Positions 28,894 to 39,355 of a DNA stretch of 64,000 nucleotides are shown piece by piece. The notes beneath the pieces were generated by a model that was not told the DNA's origin, searched no databases, and worked only from the letters and a program-made list of their open reading frames with translations. Source of the stretch: Hyphomicrobiales bacterium (GTDB taxonomy: Bacteria; Pseudomonadota; Alphaproteobacteria; Rhizobiales; JAJFHC01); the NCBI GenBank assembly GCA_965227875.1, contig OZ245783.1, positions 983,750 through 1,047,749 of the forward strand. Direction: 5' to 3'. The position numbers were made by a program, and so were the translations under genes. Positions within the stretch are counted from its first letter, which is position 1. Each line of letters starts with the position of its first letter.

Positions 28894-29502
28894 GTGAAGA
28901 CACTCGTTAAGTTCGCAGCCTGTTTCGGGCTTGCCGCCGGCCTGACGTTCGCCGCGACCGGCGCCTATTCGCAGACCGCCCAGCCGCAGCCGCAGCCCGG
29001 CCAGCAGGATCCGGCAAACTCGACCTACACCGCACAGGAAATCATCGACGCCGGCCATCGCTTTTTCGGCAAGACCACGGGCGGCCTCGCCGAGATGGTC
29101 GAGTACGTCTTCCAGCAGAAGGGCCGGCCCAACGCCTACATCGTCGGCGAGGAGGCCGCCGCCTCGTTCGTAGGCGGTGTCCGTTACGGGGAAGGCTGGA
29201 TTCATCCCAAGACCGGCGGACGCCAGAAGATCTTCTGGCAGGGGCCGTCGATCGGCTTCGATTTCGGCGGCAACGGGTCGCGCACCCTGGTGCTCGTCTA
29301 CAACATGTACTCCATTCCGCAGCTCTACCAGCGCATACCCGGCGTGGAGGGTTCGGCCTATGTGGTGGGCGGCCTCGGGGTCAATTTCCAGCAAAGCGGA
29401 GAACTGCTGCTCGCGCCGATCAGGACCGGGGTCGGCGCACGTCTGGGAATCAATATCGGCTACCTGAAATACACCGCTCAACCGACCTGGAATCCCTTCT
29501 GA
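28894..29502 (+). CDS. DUF1134-like exported protein
   Basis: GTG 28894 (GGAGA 8 nt upstream) gives VKTLVKFAACFGLAAGLTFAATGAYSQ, a signal peptide. The remainder (GRPNAYIVGEEAAASFVGGVRYGEG...GFDFGGNGSR) resembles the alphaproteobacterial DUF1134 family. The track ORF from 28672 was trimmed. Confidence 0.65.
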   Translation: MKTLVKFAACFGLAAGLTFAATGAYSQTAQPQPQPGQQDPANSTYTAQEIIDAGHRFFGKTTGGLAEMVEYVFQQKGRPNAYIVGEEAAASFVGGVRYGEGWIHPKTGGRQKIFWQGPSIGFDFGGNGSRTLVLVYNMYSIPQLYQRIPGVEGSAYVVGGLGVNFQQSGELLLAPIRTGVGARLGINIGYLKYTAQPTWNPF

Positions 29503-29661
29503 CCGGCGTCACCCCGCCCGCGTCGTTTTGTTGAGTATCCGGCAATTCCGTGTTTTAACCCTAAGACATGACGAAAATGGACGTATTGCGCAGAAACTGG
29601 CAGGTTCGCACCGTCTTTTTCGTTAACGGATCTGTGTGAGTAGGGGAAGGCGACCGACCCG

Positions 29662-30834
29662 ATGTTCCAGACGGTCATGTTCATCGCGCTGGGGTTTCTG
29701 TGCGCCAGCCTCATAGGCTTGTTCATCGCCCCGCCCCTGTGGCGCCACGCGGTCCGGCTGACGACCAAGCGTATCCAGAGCCAGTCGCCGCTGACCATGG
29801 CGGAAATCCAGGCTGACCGGGACCAGCTCAAGGCCGAGTTTGCCCTGTCCACCCGCAAGCTCGAGCTCACGGTCGAGGAACTGAAGGAGCGCAACGGCCG
29901 TCACGTCGTCGAGAACTCGCGTCTGGCCAACCGGATCGAGGAACTCACCGAGAAGGCCAAGGACCACGCCGCCCAGCTCGTCGAGCGCGACGCCAAGATC
30001 ATGAAACTGACGTCGCGGTCGAGCCCGCTCGAGGACGACGTGCGCTCCAAGACGGAGATGATCCAACAGCAGGCCGAGAAGATCCGCCAGCAGGGCGAGG
30101 TCATCGAGCGTCAGCGGCGCATGCTCAAGGAACAGACGGAACTGGCGGCCGGGCGCGAAGCGGAAGTCAATGCGCTGCGGCGCAAGGCCCGCGAGGACAA
30201 TGCCGAGGAGCGCACGCTCGGGCTCGCCCACCAGGCGATCGCGGACCGCGTGAACGAACTTGGCCGGCTGGCGGCCAACATTGAAAGCAGGCGGGCGGAA
30301 CTCTACGAGACCCGGCGCGACATCTCCTCGCTCCGCGAAACCATCGCGGAAGAGGCTTCGTCGGACTCGCGACGCGTGCGCGCCTACCGCCGCACCGTGA
30401 CCAAGCTGCTCGACGACCGTGACACCCTCATGGACGAACTGCGCAAGGCCGAGGACGAGTCAGGCCGCCTGCGCGAGGAGATCCAGGCGCTCGAGACGAC
30501 CTGGAAGTCCCGTTCCAACCCCTATGACGACCTCAAGCGCGAAGTCGATGCCGTCGCCCGCGACGTGGGCCGCGTGCTCAAGCGACTGCCTGAGGAAGTC
30601 GACGCCGACGAGCTTGATGTCGACCTGGCCGCCCGCGCGCCGGAACAGAAGAACAACGTCACGCCGATCAACGCCAACTCGTCGCGCCGCAACAGCGCCC
30701 GGGCAGACGGAGATGCTGACGTCGACGGGCAAACGGACCGGGACGACACCGACGACGAGGCCGGTGAGTCCGGAACGCCCCCTTCCCTCGCCGACCGCAT
30801 CCGCGCCCTTCAGAACGAACTGTCAAAGGGCTGA
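29662..30834 (+). CDS. membrane-anchored coiled-coil protein, hypothetical
   Basis: 390 aa. An N-terminal TM (MFQTVMFIALGFLCASLIGLFIAPPLW) is followed by ~300 aa of heptad-like Glu/Arg/Leu-rich sequence and an acidic C-terminal tail. Confidence 0.6.
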   Translation: MFQTVMFIALGFLCASLIGLFIAPPLWRHAVRLTTKRIQSQSPLTMAEIQADRDQLKAEFALSTRKLELTVEELKERNGRHVVENSRLANRIEELTEKAKDHAAQLVERDAKIMKLTSRSSPLEDDVRSKTEMIQQQAEKIRQQGEVIERQRRMLKEQTELAAGREAEVNALRRKAREDNAEERTLGLAHQAIADRVNELGRLAANIESRRAELYETRRDISSLRETIAEEASSDSRRVRAYRRTVTKLLDDRDTLMDELRKAEDESGRLREEIQALETTWKSRSNPYDDLKREVDAVARDVGRVLKRLPEEVDADELDVDLAARAPEQKNNVTPINANSSRRNSARADGDADVDGQTDRDDTDDEAGESGTPPSLADRIRALQNELSKG

Positions 30835-30849
30835 GCAAGCCCCGCGCCG

Positions 30850-31236
30850 TCAGGGTGTTCCGGCCTGGAGCACGACCCGACCGACAAGTGCGCCCGAACG
30901 CGTGTCGATGACGAGGATCTGTTCGCCTTCCGACCCGCTCACGCGCACATGCAGCCGCGATCCGTCGGCGATCATCTCCGCGACCCTGTAGCCTGCGGGC
31001 ACCGTGACCGGCAGATCCCCGAACCCCGATGCCGCGGCTCGCGCACTTGGGGACGACGGCAGGTTGACCGCCCGGTAGATGATCGTGGCGAAGACCACGA
31101 TGAATCCGACGACCAGCAGCACGCCCATGACGATGACGAGCCCCTTGAGGAAGCGCGGATTGGACGGAGGCGGACCGGCCTCGCCCGATTCCGGTTCGAC
31201 AGAACCCGTGTCTTGTGACATATGCGCTTGTGTCAT
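30850..31236 (-). CDS. small single-pass membrane protein, hypothetical
   Basis: 128 aa with a central TM (LKGLVIVMGVLLVVGFIVVFATIIY). The alternative ATG at 31221 would remove the overlap with rluD. Confidence 0.5.
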   Translation of the reverse strand: MTQAHMSQDTGSVEPESGEAGPPPSNPRFLKGLVIVMGVLLVVGFIVVFATIIYRAVNLPSSPSARAAASGFGDLPVTVPAGYRVAEMIADGSRLHVRVSGSEGEQILVIDTRSGALVGRVVLQAGTP

Positions 31237-32242
31237 GAACGCTTCCCCGTATCAGTCCGAACTCACCCGTTGCGTCGACGCCGACCATGCCGGCGAACGA
31301 CTGGACCGCTACTTACACCGGATCGAGCCGGAAATCAGCCGTTCTCGCTTCAAAAGCCTCATCAAGGAAGGCCATGTGCGCGTTTCCGGCATGCAGGTGC
31401 TCGAACCCAACCGGAAAATGACGGAAGGTGAGCGTGTCGACGTCCGCATGCCCGAACCCGAGGACCCGGTTCCCAGGGGCGAGGATATCCCGCTCGAAGT
31501 GGTCTACGAGGACGATCATGTCATCGTGGTCGACAAGCCCGCCGGTCTCGTCGTCCATCCCGCAGCGGGCAACTGGACGGGAACGCTCGTCAACGCACTC
31601 ATTCATCATTGCGGCGATACGCTGTCCGGCATCGGCGGCGTGCGTCGCCCGGGCATCGTGCACCGGATCGACAAGGACACGTCCGGGCTCATCGTCGTGG
31701 CCAAGACCGACACCGCGCATCGCGGTCTGGCGGAACAGTTCGCCGCCCACGGGCGCGACGGCCGGCTGGAACGCGCCTACCTGGCGCTCGTCTGGGGCTC
31801 GCCGGACCCCCGGAAAGGCAAGGTTGACGCCGCACTGGCGCGCAGTTCCTCCAACCGTCTCAAGATGGCCGTGGTACGCGAAGGCGGCAAACACGCCATA
31901 ACCAGGTATGCCGTCGAGCGAACCCTGCCGAAAGGCGCCGAGCGGCCAACGACGAGTCTCGTGAGGTGCGTCCTCGAAACCGGCAGAACGCACCAGATCC
32001 GCGTACACATGGCCCATATCGGACATCCGCTGCTGGGAGATGCCGTATACGGGGCCGGTTTCGCGGCCAGCAGCAACCGTCTCCCCCGGGCTGCCGCGGA
32101 GGCCTTGCAGGACCTGGACCGCCAGGCGCTCCATGCCGCGCGACTGGGATTCGTCCATCCCGCGACCGGCGAAACGCTCTCCTTCGACAGTCCCCTGCCG
32201 GCAGAACTGGAGAGCCTCCTGAAGCTTTGCGAAGCCGCGTAA
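31235..32242 (+). CDS. rluD: 23S rRNA pseudouridine synthase, RluD family
   Basis: An S4 domain (GERLDRYLHRIEPEISRSRFKSLIKEGHVRVSG) plus the catalytic HRIDKDTSGLIVVAK. The track ORF from 31079 was trimmed to MNASPYQ. Confidence 0.9.
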   Translation: MNASPYQSELTRCVDADHAGERLDRYLHRIEPEISRSRFKSLIKEGHVRVSGMQVLEPNRKMTEGERVDVRMPEPEDPVPRGEDIPLEVVYEDDHVIVVDKPAGLVVHPAAGNWTGTLVNALIHHCGDTLSGIGGVRRPGIVHRIDKDTSGLIVVAKTDTAHRGLAEQFAAHGRDGRLERAYLALVWGSPDPRKGKVDAALARSSSNRLKMAVVREGGKHAITRYAVERTLPKGAERPTTSLVRCVLETGRTHQIRVHMAHIGHPLLGDAVYGAGFAASSNRLPRAAAEALQDLDRQALHAARLGFVHPATGETLSFDSPLPAELESLLKLCEAA

Positions 32243-32271
32243 AGCTCTCGTCATAAACGGGTGATTAGGCT

Positions 32272-32311
32272 CTTAAAATTGCCACAGTGACTTCCTATAT
32301 ATACGTCACTG
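32272..32311 (+). promoter_or_regulatory. candidate sigma-32-type promoter of rpoH with a 7-bp inverted repeat bracketing the -10
   Basis: CTTAAA-N16-CCTATATAT resembles the alphaproteobacterial sigma-32 consensus CTTG-N17-CYTATNT. CAGTGAC (32285-32291) and GTCACTG (32305-32311) flank the -10 element. Confidence 0.4.
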
Positions 32312-32368
32312 TGCTGCGGGGCGCAGACGAACGCATGCGGCCACGCGCCATCAATTGGGAAAATCGAA

Positions 32369-33247
32369 ATGTCCAACCGGTCCGTCCCGGCCGTAACGAG
32401 TGAAGGCCTCAGCAGGTATCTCCAGGAAATCCGGAAATTCCCGATGCTGGAACCGGACCAGGAATACATGCTGGCCAAGCGCTGGCGTGAACACGAGGAC
32501 CCCGAAGCCGCCCACGAACTCGTGACGAGCCATCTTCGCCTCGTGGCCAAGATCGCCATGGGATACCGCGGTTACGGTCTGCCGATTTCCGAAGTGATCT
32601 CCGAGGGCAATGTCGGCCTTATGCAGGCGGTGAAACGTTTCGAACCGGAAAAGGGATTCCGGCTGGCGACCTACGCGATGTGGTGGATCCGCGCCGCGAT
32701 CCAGGAGTACATCCTGAGGTCGTGGAGCCTGGTGAAGATGGGCACCACGGCAAGCCAGAAGAAACTCTTCTTCAACCTGCGCAAAATGAAAAGCCAGATC
32801 CAGGCGCTCGACGATGGTGATCTGCATCCCGACCAGGTCGAACTTATCTCCAAGCGCCTCGGTGTGTCGGAGGAAGACGTGGTTTCGATGAACCGCCGCC
32901 TCGGCGGCGACACGTCGCTCAATGCCCCTCTGCGCGCCGATGCGGAAGGCGAATGGCAGGACTGGCTGGTGGACGACGAACCCGACCAGGAAAGCCTGCT
33001 CGTCGAATCCGAGGAAATGAGCCAGCGCCGCGCATTCCTGGCCAAGGCCATGGAGTCGCTGAACGAACGCGAGCAGCGCATTTTCGAGGCCCGGCGACTG
33101 GCCGAGGATCCGGTCACGCTGGAAGACCTCTCGCAGGAGTTCGACGTCAGCCGGGAACGGATCCGCCAGATCGAGGTCCGCGCCTTCGAAAAGGTCCAGA
33201 AGGCGGTGCAGAAGGCGGCGCGCGAAGCCGCCATGGCGCCGGCCTGA
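32369..33247 (+). CDS. rpoH: RNA polymerase sigma-32 factor RpoH
   Basis: 292 aa with the RpoH box QKKLFFNLRKMK. Regions 2 (MWWIRAAIQEYILRS) and 4 (VSRERIRQIEVRA) are present. Confidence 0.93.
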   Translation: MSNRSVPAVTSEGLSRYLQEIRKFPMLEPDQEYMLAKRWREHEDPEAAHELVTSHLRLVAKIAMGYRGYGLPISEVISEGNVGLMQAVKRFEPEKGFRLATYAMWWIRAAIQEYILRSWSLVKMGTTASQKKLFFNLRKMKSQIQALDDGDLHPDQVELISKRLGVSEEDVVSMNRRLGGDTSLNAPLRADAEGEWQDWLVDDEPDQESLLVESEEMSQRRAFLAKAMESLNEREQRIFEARRLAEDPVTLEDLSQEFDVSRERIRQIEVRAFEKVQKAVQKAAREAAMAPA

Positions 33248-33266
33248 CCGAAGCCTGTATTCCCCG

Positions 33267-34751
33267 TCAGTCGAGCGGAACGGCGATCCGGGCGTGCCCG
33301 GAGACCGCCTCGTAGTCGTCCTCGCCGATCCCGTCATAGGCGATTCCCACCTGGGCATGGGCGCCATTTCCGAAATTGACGGTGACACCGCCGCCGACCC
33401 TGGCCCGCAGCGTCCCCTGTTTCGTCGAGACGGTTTGTGACACCGCGACCCTGCCCTCGGTCTGGAAGTCGTAGAGACCGTGGAGAGAGACGTAGGGGTC
33501 GACGATGACCCCGTTGTCCAGCTCCATCCGGTAGCCCACCTCGCCGCCGACCTCGAGACGGCCGAGCTCGACCGTCTGGCTGTCGATCCGGGTTCCCGCG
33601 GAATCGGTGAACGCCTCATGATCCTCTACCACGTACTGCACCATGACGTTCGGTGTCAGGCGTACGGGATGAAGATCCCAGTACGTGCCCTTGAGATTCG
33701 CCATGAACAACAGGCGCTCGCTGTCGAACTCGCCCGTCGTGGTCCCGACCCGGATGTCGTGATCGGCGAGCCCGACCGCCGCGCGGGCATAGAAGGTGAG
33801 TTCCTCCGTCAGCCGGACGCTCGCATATGGCCCAATGACAAAACCTTCTGTGTCGAATTCCGAATCGAGCGCGCTGATCTTCTGGTCGGACGTGTCATAG
33901 CCGACCAGCACGCCAACGAGGAGATTGTCCCGCAGGAGGTAATCCACGCCGGCAAGCAAAACGAAAGCGTCGCCCTTGCGCGCGGCGTTGGCGTCGTCGG
34001 CGTCAAAGTCGGTGACCACACCCTTGATCCACAGGTCCCAGCGCTGCGGTTTCTTGCCGCCCACGCCCGCTGCCGCCGCAGCGACCCGCAGGTCCTTCTC
34101 CAGGATGGCGTTGAAGCCCTGGACCGAGCCGCCGAAGGCGATTCGGCTGTTGTCGCCACTGACGCTCGGCGTGACCCCGGTTCCGTCCTGGAAGACGTCG
34201 TCCCGGTCACGGCTCTGGAAGGGCAGCGGCGTGCGGTGCTCGCTGAAGACGCTGAGAAGCGGATTCCAGTGCCCCGAGATGTAGTTCTTGATGAGGCCCG
34301 GCGTAATGTCTGCGGTGGAAACAGGGAGGCATCGCACCTGGAAATTGACGTTGCCCGCCGTGCCCGCGGAGAAGTCACGGGTGATCGTTCGATTGCCGGT
34401 CGCCGGAACGACATAGTTTGCGTTGATGGGGAAGGTTGCCGACGAAACGATCGTCACTGTGGCTGTCGTATCCGCAATCGTATATGTGCCGGTCGCTCCG
34501 CCCGCGTCGGTTACCGTGAAGACGAGTGTTTCACCGGCGTTAAAGTCCCCGATGAAGCTTGCAAACGCCGTTCCCTGGTTGGAAAGGTCATAAGTACCCG
34601 CATTGGCGTTCGCACATCCCGGTCCCGGAGGTGCAGCATTGGCAACCGCTTCCTGTGCGAAAATCGTTGCGCACACCGCGGCCAAAGAGAAGAAACCGAC
34701 AAAGACCCGGGCAGATCCCGCCCGGAAAAACGCGCCACCCATGACACCCAA
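33267..34751 (-). CDS. autotransporter outer-membrane protein with short passenger
   Basis: A signal peptide is followed by a ~170-aa Thr/Ala/Gly-rich passenger. The C-terminal beta-domain has WDLWIKGVV...GDAFVLLAGVDYLL...alternating aromatic strands. Confidence 0.75.
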   Translation of the reverse strand: MGVMGGAFFRAGSARVFVGFFSLAAVCATIFAQEAVANAAPPGPGCANANAGTYDLSNQGTAFASFIGDFNAGETLVFTVTDAGGATGTYTIADTTATVTIVSSATFPINANYVVPATGNRTITRDFSAGTAGNVNFQVRCLPVSTADITPGLIKNYISGHWNPLLSVFSEHRTPLPFQSRDRDDVFQDGTGVTPSVSGDNSRIAFGGSVQGFNAILEKDLRVAAAAAGVGGKKPQRWDLWIKGVVTDFDADDANAARKGDAFVLLAGVDYLLRDNLLVGVLVGYDTSDQKISALDSEFDTEGFVIGPYASVRLTEELTFYARAAVGLADHDIRVGTTTGEFDSERLLFMANLKGTYWDLHPVRLTPNVMVQYVVEDHEAFTDSAGTRIDSQTVELGRLEVGGEVGYRMELDNGVIVDPYVSLHGLYDFQTEGRVAVSQTVSTKQGTLRARVGGGVTVNFGNGAHAQVGIAYDGIGEDDYEAVSGHARIAVPLD

Positions 34752-35032
34752 CCCCTGTGCGTCCGGCCGTTTACCGGCCGTGTTTCGTACGGGATCGCAG
34801 AGCCTCGCCCGGCAACCGTCTACGCCGCATCTTTTTCGGTGAAGTCCCGCCCGGCTTGCCTCTGGCCGGTCAGGTCCCCCGGAAAACCGGGATCAGAAAA
34901 ATGATCATCGAAAAACAGACGATTGCACGGTGTTGGCTCAACTCCCGCCTTCTGCAATAGAGGTCCGCACGCGGAGAGGGAAATTCAAACTTCTGAACAG
35001 AGTCATTCACGCTGTGAACAAGCGCGCCTGAG

Positions 35033-36325
35033 TCAGTCCTCGAAGGGGTCGCGCATCAGGATGGTGTCGTCGCGCTCCGGGCTCGTCGAAAGCAGGGTCA
35101 CCGGCGCCTCGATCAACTCCTCCACCCGGCGGATGTACTTGATCGCCTGGGCCGGCAGATCGCCCCATGACCGGGCGCCGGCCGTGCTTTCCGACCAGCC
35201 TTCGAGCGTCTCGTAGACGGCCTTGACCCGCGACTGGGCGCCCTGCGACCCGGGCAGGTAGTTGATCCGTTCGCCGTCGAGCTCATAGCCCACGCAGACC
35301 TTGAGTTCCTCGAAGCCGTCTAGAATGTCGAGCTTGGTGAGGGCAATGCCGTCGATCCCGCTCGTCTTGATCGCCTGGCGCACGAGCGTGGCGTCGAACC
35401 ATCCGCAGCGGCGCGAACGGCCCGTCACCGTGCCGAACTCGTGACCGCGTTCGCCCAGTTTCTGTCCGATCTCGTCGTCGAGCTCCGTCGGGAAAGGCCC
35501 CGATCCGACACGGGTCGTGTAGGCCTTGGTAATCCCCAGGACGTAATGCAGCGCGCCCGGGCCGATGCCGCTTCCCGATGCCGCCTGGGCGGCGACCGTG
35601 TTGGAAGACGTCACGAAGGGATATGTTCCGTGGTCCACGTCGAGCAGCGTGCCCTGTGCACCCTCGAACAGAATACGCTTGCCGGCGCGACGGGCCTCGT
35701 CGAGCAGGGCCCAGACCTTGTCCATGAAGGGCAGGATGCGCGGCGCGATTTCGGAAAGCTGGTCGTGCAGTTCTCCGCCGTCGATCTCGGGCTCGCCGAG
35801 ACCGCGCCGTATGGCGTTGTGATGGACGAGCGCACGGTCGATCTTGGCCTTCAGGGACTGGAGGTTCTGCAGGTCCATCACGCGGATCGCACGCCGGCCA
35901 ACCTTGTCTTCATAGGCCGGACCGATTCCCCGCTTCGTCGTGCCGATCTTGCCTTCCCCGGCCGCGGCCTCGCGGATCGCGTCGAGTTCACGGTGCAGCG
36001 GCAGAATCAATGTCGCGTTCTCGGCTATCCGGAGATTTTCACGCGAGATGGCGACACCCTGCGCGGTCAGCCGGTCGATCTCGTCGGACAGCGCCCACGG
36101 ATCGACGACCACGCCGTTGCCGATCACGGACAGCTTGCCGCCCCGGACGACGCCCGACGGCAGGAGGCTCAGCTTGTAGGTGACACCGTCGATAACGAGC
36201 GTATGGCCGGCATTGTGCCCGCCCTGGAAACGCACGACGATGTCCGCACGCTCCGAGAGCCAGTCGACGATCTTCCCCTTGCCTTCGTCGCCCCATTGTG
36301 AGCCGACCACGACTACATTCGCCAT
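35033..36325 (-). CDS. purA: adenylosuccinate synthase
   Basis: [44 protein letters not shown] is the canonical PurA N-terminus. Confidence 0.96.
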   Translation of the reverse strand: MANVVVVGSQWGDEGKGKIVDWLSERADIVVRFQGGHNAGHTLVIDGVTYKLSLLPSGVVRGGKLSVIGNGVVVDPWALSDEIDRLTAQGVAISRENLRIAENATLILPLHRELDAIREAAAGEGKIGTTKRGIGPAYEDKVGRRAIRVMDLQNLQSLKAKIDRALVHHNAIRRGLGEPEIDGGELHDQLSEIAPRILPFMDKVWALLDEARRAGKRILFEGAQGTLLDVDHGTYPFVTSSNTVAAQAASGSGIGPGALHYVLGITKAYTTRVGSGPFPTELDDEIGQKLGERGHEFGTVTGRSRRCGWFDATLVRQAIKTSGIDGIALTKLDILDGFEELKVCVGYELDGERINYLPGSQGAQSRVKAVYETLEGWSESTAGARSWGDLPAQAIKYIRRVEELIEAPVTLLSTSPERDDTILMRDPFED

Positions 36326-36529
36326 GACGAACCTTTCCTGAATGTCTTGCGGATCCGTGCCCCTGGACCACGGAGTGAGGAAAAGCGATGGCGCAGGCCA
36401 GTCTCTTTTCGGCGGGACTATACAGAACCTTCGCCGCCTGCGCGAGGCATGCGACGAAATTACCCGCCGCTAACCGTCGCGTGGCCGGCGGGGCCTGCCC
36501 GGCCCCGCCGCACGGTCTCGCAAATGGTC

Positions 36530-38119
36530 TCAGGCGACCGGAAAGCTGAGCGGCTTGGCCTGGCGCACATGCGGCAGGCTCTCCACCCGGGCCAGAACCT
36601 CGCCGGAAACCTCCTCGTCGACCTCGACCAGTGCGATCGCATCGGTCCCCCGGCTCTCGCGGCCGAGATGGAAGGTGGCGATGTTGACGCCCGCATCGCC
36701 AAGTGTCGTTCCCAGCGCCCCGATGAAGCCGGGCTTGTCCTCGTTGGTGATGTAGAGCATGTGGGAGCCCAGTTCGGCCTCCATGTTGATGCCCTTGACC
36801 TGGATGATGCGTGGCTTGCCGTCGGAGAACACCGTACCGGCGACCGACCGCTGCTGGCGCTCCGTGCCCACGGTGAGCCGGATATAGGTGTCGTAGGCGC
36901 CATCCTTGCCGCGCATCACCTCCTCGACCGCGATGCCGCGGTCGCGGGCGAGCACCGGCGCGCTGACCATGTTGACGTCGGACAGGACGGGCCGCAGAAC
37001 GCCGGCGAGCGCCGCCGACGTCAGCGCCTTGGTGTTCAGTTCCGCCACGTCGCCCGCATACTCGATCTTGATCGATTCGATCCCGGTCTCCGTGAGCTGG
37101 CCGGCGAACGAGCCGAGCTGTTCCGCGAGCGTCACGAAGGGTCTCAGGCGAGGCGCCTCCTCGGCCGTGATCGACGGCATGTTGATGGCGTTGCTCACGG
37201 CGCCGTTGACGAGGAAGTCCGACATCTGCTCGGCGACCTGGAGCGCCACGTTCTCCTGGGCTTCCGTCGTGGCCGCCCCCAGGTGCGGGGTGCAGATGAC
37301 GTTTTCCATGCCGAACAGGGGATTGTTTTCCGCCGGCTCCTGCTCGAAGACATCGAGTGCGGCCCCTGCCACATGCCCGGCTTCCAGTGCGGCCTTCAGA
37401 GCCTCCTCGACGACCAGGCCGCCGCGGGCGCAATTGATGAGCCGCACACCCGGCTTCATCAAGTCGAGCGCCCTGGCGTCGATGATGTCGCGGGTCTTGT
37501 CCGTGAGCGGAACGTGCAGGGAGACGAAGTCGGAGCGCTTCAGCAGGTCGTCCAGTTCGACCTTCTCGACGCCCAGGTCCACGGCGCGCTCCGGAGACAG
37601 GAACGGGTCGAAGGCCAGCACTCTCATGCGCAGGCCGAGGGCGCGGTCCGCGACGATGGAGCCGATATTGCCGCAACCGATGAGCCCGAGCGTCTTGGAG
37701 GTTATCTCCACGCCCATGAAGCGGCTTTTCTCCCATTTCCCCGCCTGGGTCGAAACGTCCGCGGAGGGGATCTGCCGGGCGAGCGCCAGCATCAGGGATA
37801 TGGCATGCTCCGCCGTCGTGATCGAGTTGCCGAAGGGCGTGTTCATCACGATGATGCCGCGGGCGGTGGCCGCCTTCAGGTCGATATTGTCGACGCCGAT
37901 GCCGGCCCGGCCGATGACCTTCAGACGGTCGGCGGCGGCGATCACCTTTTCCGTCGCTTTTGTCTTCGAACGAACGGCAAGGCCGTCATAGTCGCCGATG
38001 ATGTCAATGAGCTGGTCCCGGTCGAGACCGGTCTGGACGTCGACTTCGCAACCACGGGCTTCGAAGATCTCCTTCGCGCGCGGGCTGAGCTGATCGGAAA
38101 TGAGTACACGGGGTGCCAT
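36530..38119 (-). CDS. serA: D-3-phosphoglycerate dehydrogenase (long form with ACT domain)
   Basis: 529 aa with NAD-binding GLIGCGNIGSIVA, catalytic CARGGLV...TPHLGA, and a C-terminal ASB/ACT region. Confidence 0.93.
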   Translation of the reverse strand: MAPRVLISDQLSPRAKEIFEARGCEVDVQTGLDRDQLIDIIGDYDGLAVRSKTKATEKVIAAADRLKVIGRAGIGVDNIDLKAATARGIIVMNTPFGNSITTAEHAISLMLALARQIPSADVSTQAGKWEKSRFMGVEITSKTLGLIGCGNIGSIVADRALGLRMRVLAFDPFLSPERAVDLGVEKVELDDLLKRSDFVSLHVPLTDKTRDIIDARALDLMKPGVRLINCARGGLVVEEALKAALEAGHVAGAALDVFEQEPAENNPLFGMENVICTPHLGAATTEAQENVALQVAEQMSDFLVNGAVSNAINMPSITAEEAPRLRPFVTLAEQLGSFAGQLTETGIESIKIEYAGDVAELNTKALTSAALAGVLRPVLSDVNMVSAPVLARDRGIAVEEVMRGKDGAYDTYIRLTVGTERQQRSVAGTVFSDGKPRIIQVKGINMEAELGSHMLYITNEDKPGFIGALGTTLGDAGVNIATFHLGRESRGTDAIALVEVDEEVSGEVLARVESLPHVRQAKPLSFPVA

Positions 38120-38188
38120 CTGAAAGGCCTCCTGGTCTGGAACTTCAGTCGGAATGGAAAGTCTGCAAGATACGGAAACGGAAAGCGC

Positions 38189-39355
38189 TCAGCCGTCGGA
38201 TGACCGGACGGACACATAGGCCCAGTCCAGCCATGCGGTAAGCGCTTCGAGATCCCCGGCTTCGACCGTGGCGCCGGCCCAGATACGCAATCCGGGCGGT
38301 GCATCGCGATAGGCGCCGATGTCGTGGGCCACGCCCTCTTCATCGAGCAGGGCCGCGATCTTCTTGGGCAGCGCGGCACGCGCGTCCTCCGACAGGCCCT
38401 CGAGGGCCTTGTCCGACAGTTTCAGACACACGGACGTGTTCGAACGCAAGCGCGGGTCTTCGGTGAGAAACGAAATCCACTCCGTCCGGTCGACCCAGTC
38501 CCCGAGGATACTTGCGTTGGCGTCGGCACGCGCGAACAAGGCCTCGAGTCCTCCGATCCGGCGTGCCCATTCCAGGGCATCGATATAGTCCTCGACACAC
38601 AACATGGAGGGCGTATTGATGGTCTCGCCCCGGAAAATCCCCTCGTTGATCTTGCCGCCCTTGGTCATGCGGAAGACTTTCGGAAGCGGCCATGCAGGCG
38701 TGTGGGATTCGAGCCGCTCGACCGCACGCGGCGACAGCACCAGCATTCCGTGCGCAGCCTCGCCACCGAGCACTTTCTGCCAGGAGAAGGTCACAACGTC
38801 GAGCTTCGGCCAGTCCAGCGGCTGCGCGAAGGCGGCCGACGTCGCATCGCAGATTGTCAGGCCTTCCCGGTCGGCGGCGATCCAGTCGCCGTCCGGCACC
38901 CGTGCGCCGGAGGTGGTTCCGTTCCAGGTGAAGACGACGTCACGGGTGAAGTCGACCTGTGCCAGGTCCGGGAGTTCGCCATAGGGCGCATCCAGCACCC
39001 GCACGTCGTCGAGTTTCAGATGTGAGGTGACGTCGGTCACCCAGGTCTTGCCGAAACTTTCCCAGGCGAGCATGTCGACGCCGCGCGCGCCGAGCAGGCT
39101 CCAGAGCGCCATTTCGACCGCCCCCGTATCGGAGGCCGGCACGATGCCGATGCGGTAGTCCGCGGGAATCCGGAGAACCTCGCGGGTGAGGTCGATCGCA
39201 AGCGCAAGACGGGCCTTGCCCTCTTTCGCGCGGTGCGAACGTCCGAGAAATGCGTTGGAAAGTGTGTCCGGCGTCCAGCCGGGGCGCTTCGTGCAGGGAC
39301 CTGACGAAAAACGCGGATTTACCGGACGCAAGTCCGGCGTTGGCTTGCTCAGCAT
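38189..39355 (-). CDS. serC: phosphoserine aminotransferase
   Basis: 388 aa with [24 protein letters not shown] and the PLP-lysine motif SWQKVLGGE. Adjacent to serA. Confidence 0.9.
   Translation of the reverse strand: MLSKPTPDLRPVNPRFSSGPCTKRPGWTPDTLSNAFLGRSHRAKEGKARLALAIDLTREVLRIPADYRIGIVPASDTGAVEMALWSLLGARGVDMLAWESFGKTWVTDVTSHLKLDDVRVLDAPYGELPDLAQVDFTRDVVFTWNGTTSGARVPDGDWIAADREGLTICDATSAAFAQPLDWPKLDVVTFSWQKVLGGEAAHGMLVLSPRAVERLESHTPAWPLPKVFRMTKGGKINEGIFRGETINTPSMLCVEDYIDALEWARRIGGLEALFARADANASILGDWVDRTEWISFLTEDPRLRSNTSVCLKLSDKALEGLSEDARAALPKKIAALLDEEGVAHDIGAYRDAPPGLRIWAGATVEAGDLEALTAWLDWAYVSVRSSDG

Noticed and set aside
36326-36529. GC-rich hairpin (GGCGGGGCC-gggca-GGCCCCGCC) after serA as a terminator
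   Set aside because: The stem is good but no T-run follows on the transcribed strand, so I cannot support an intrinsic terminator call.
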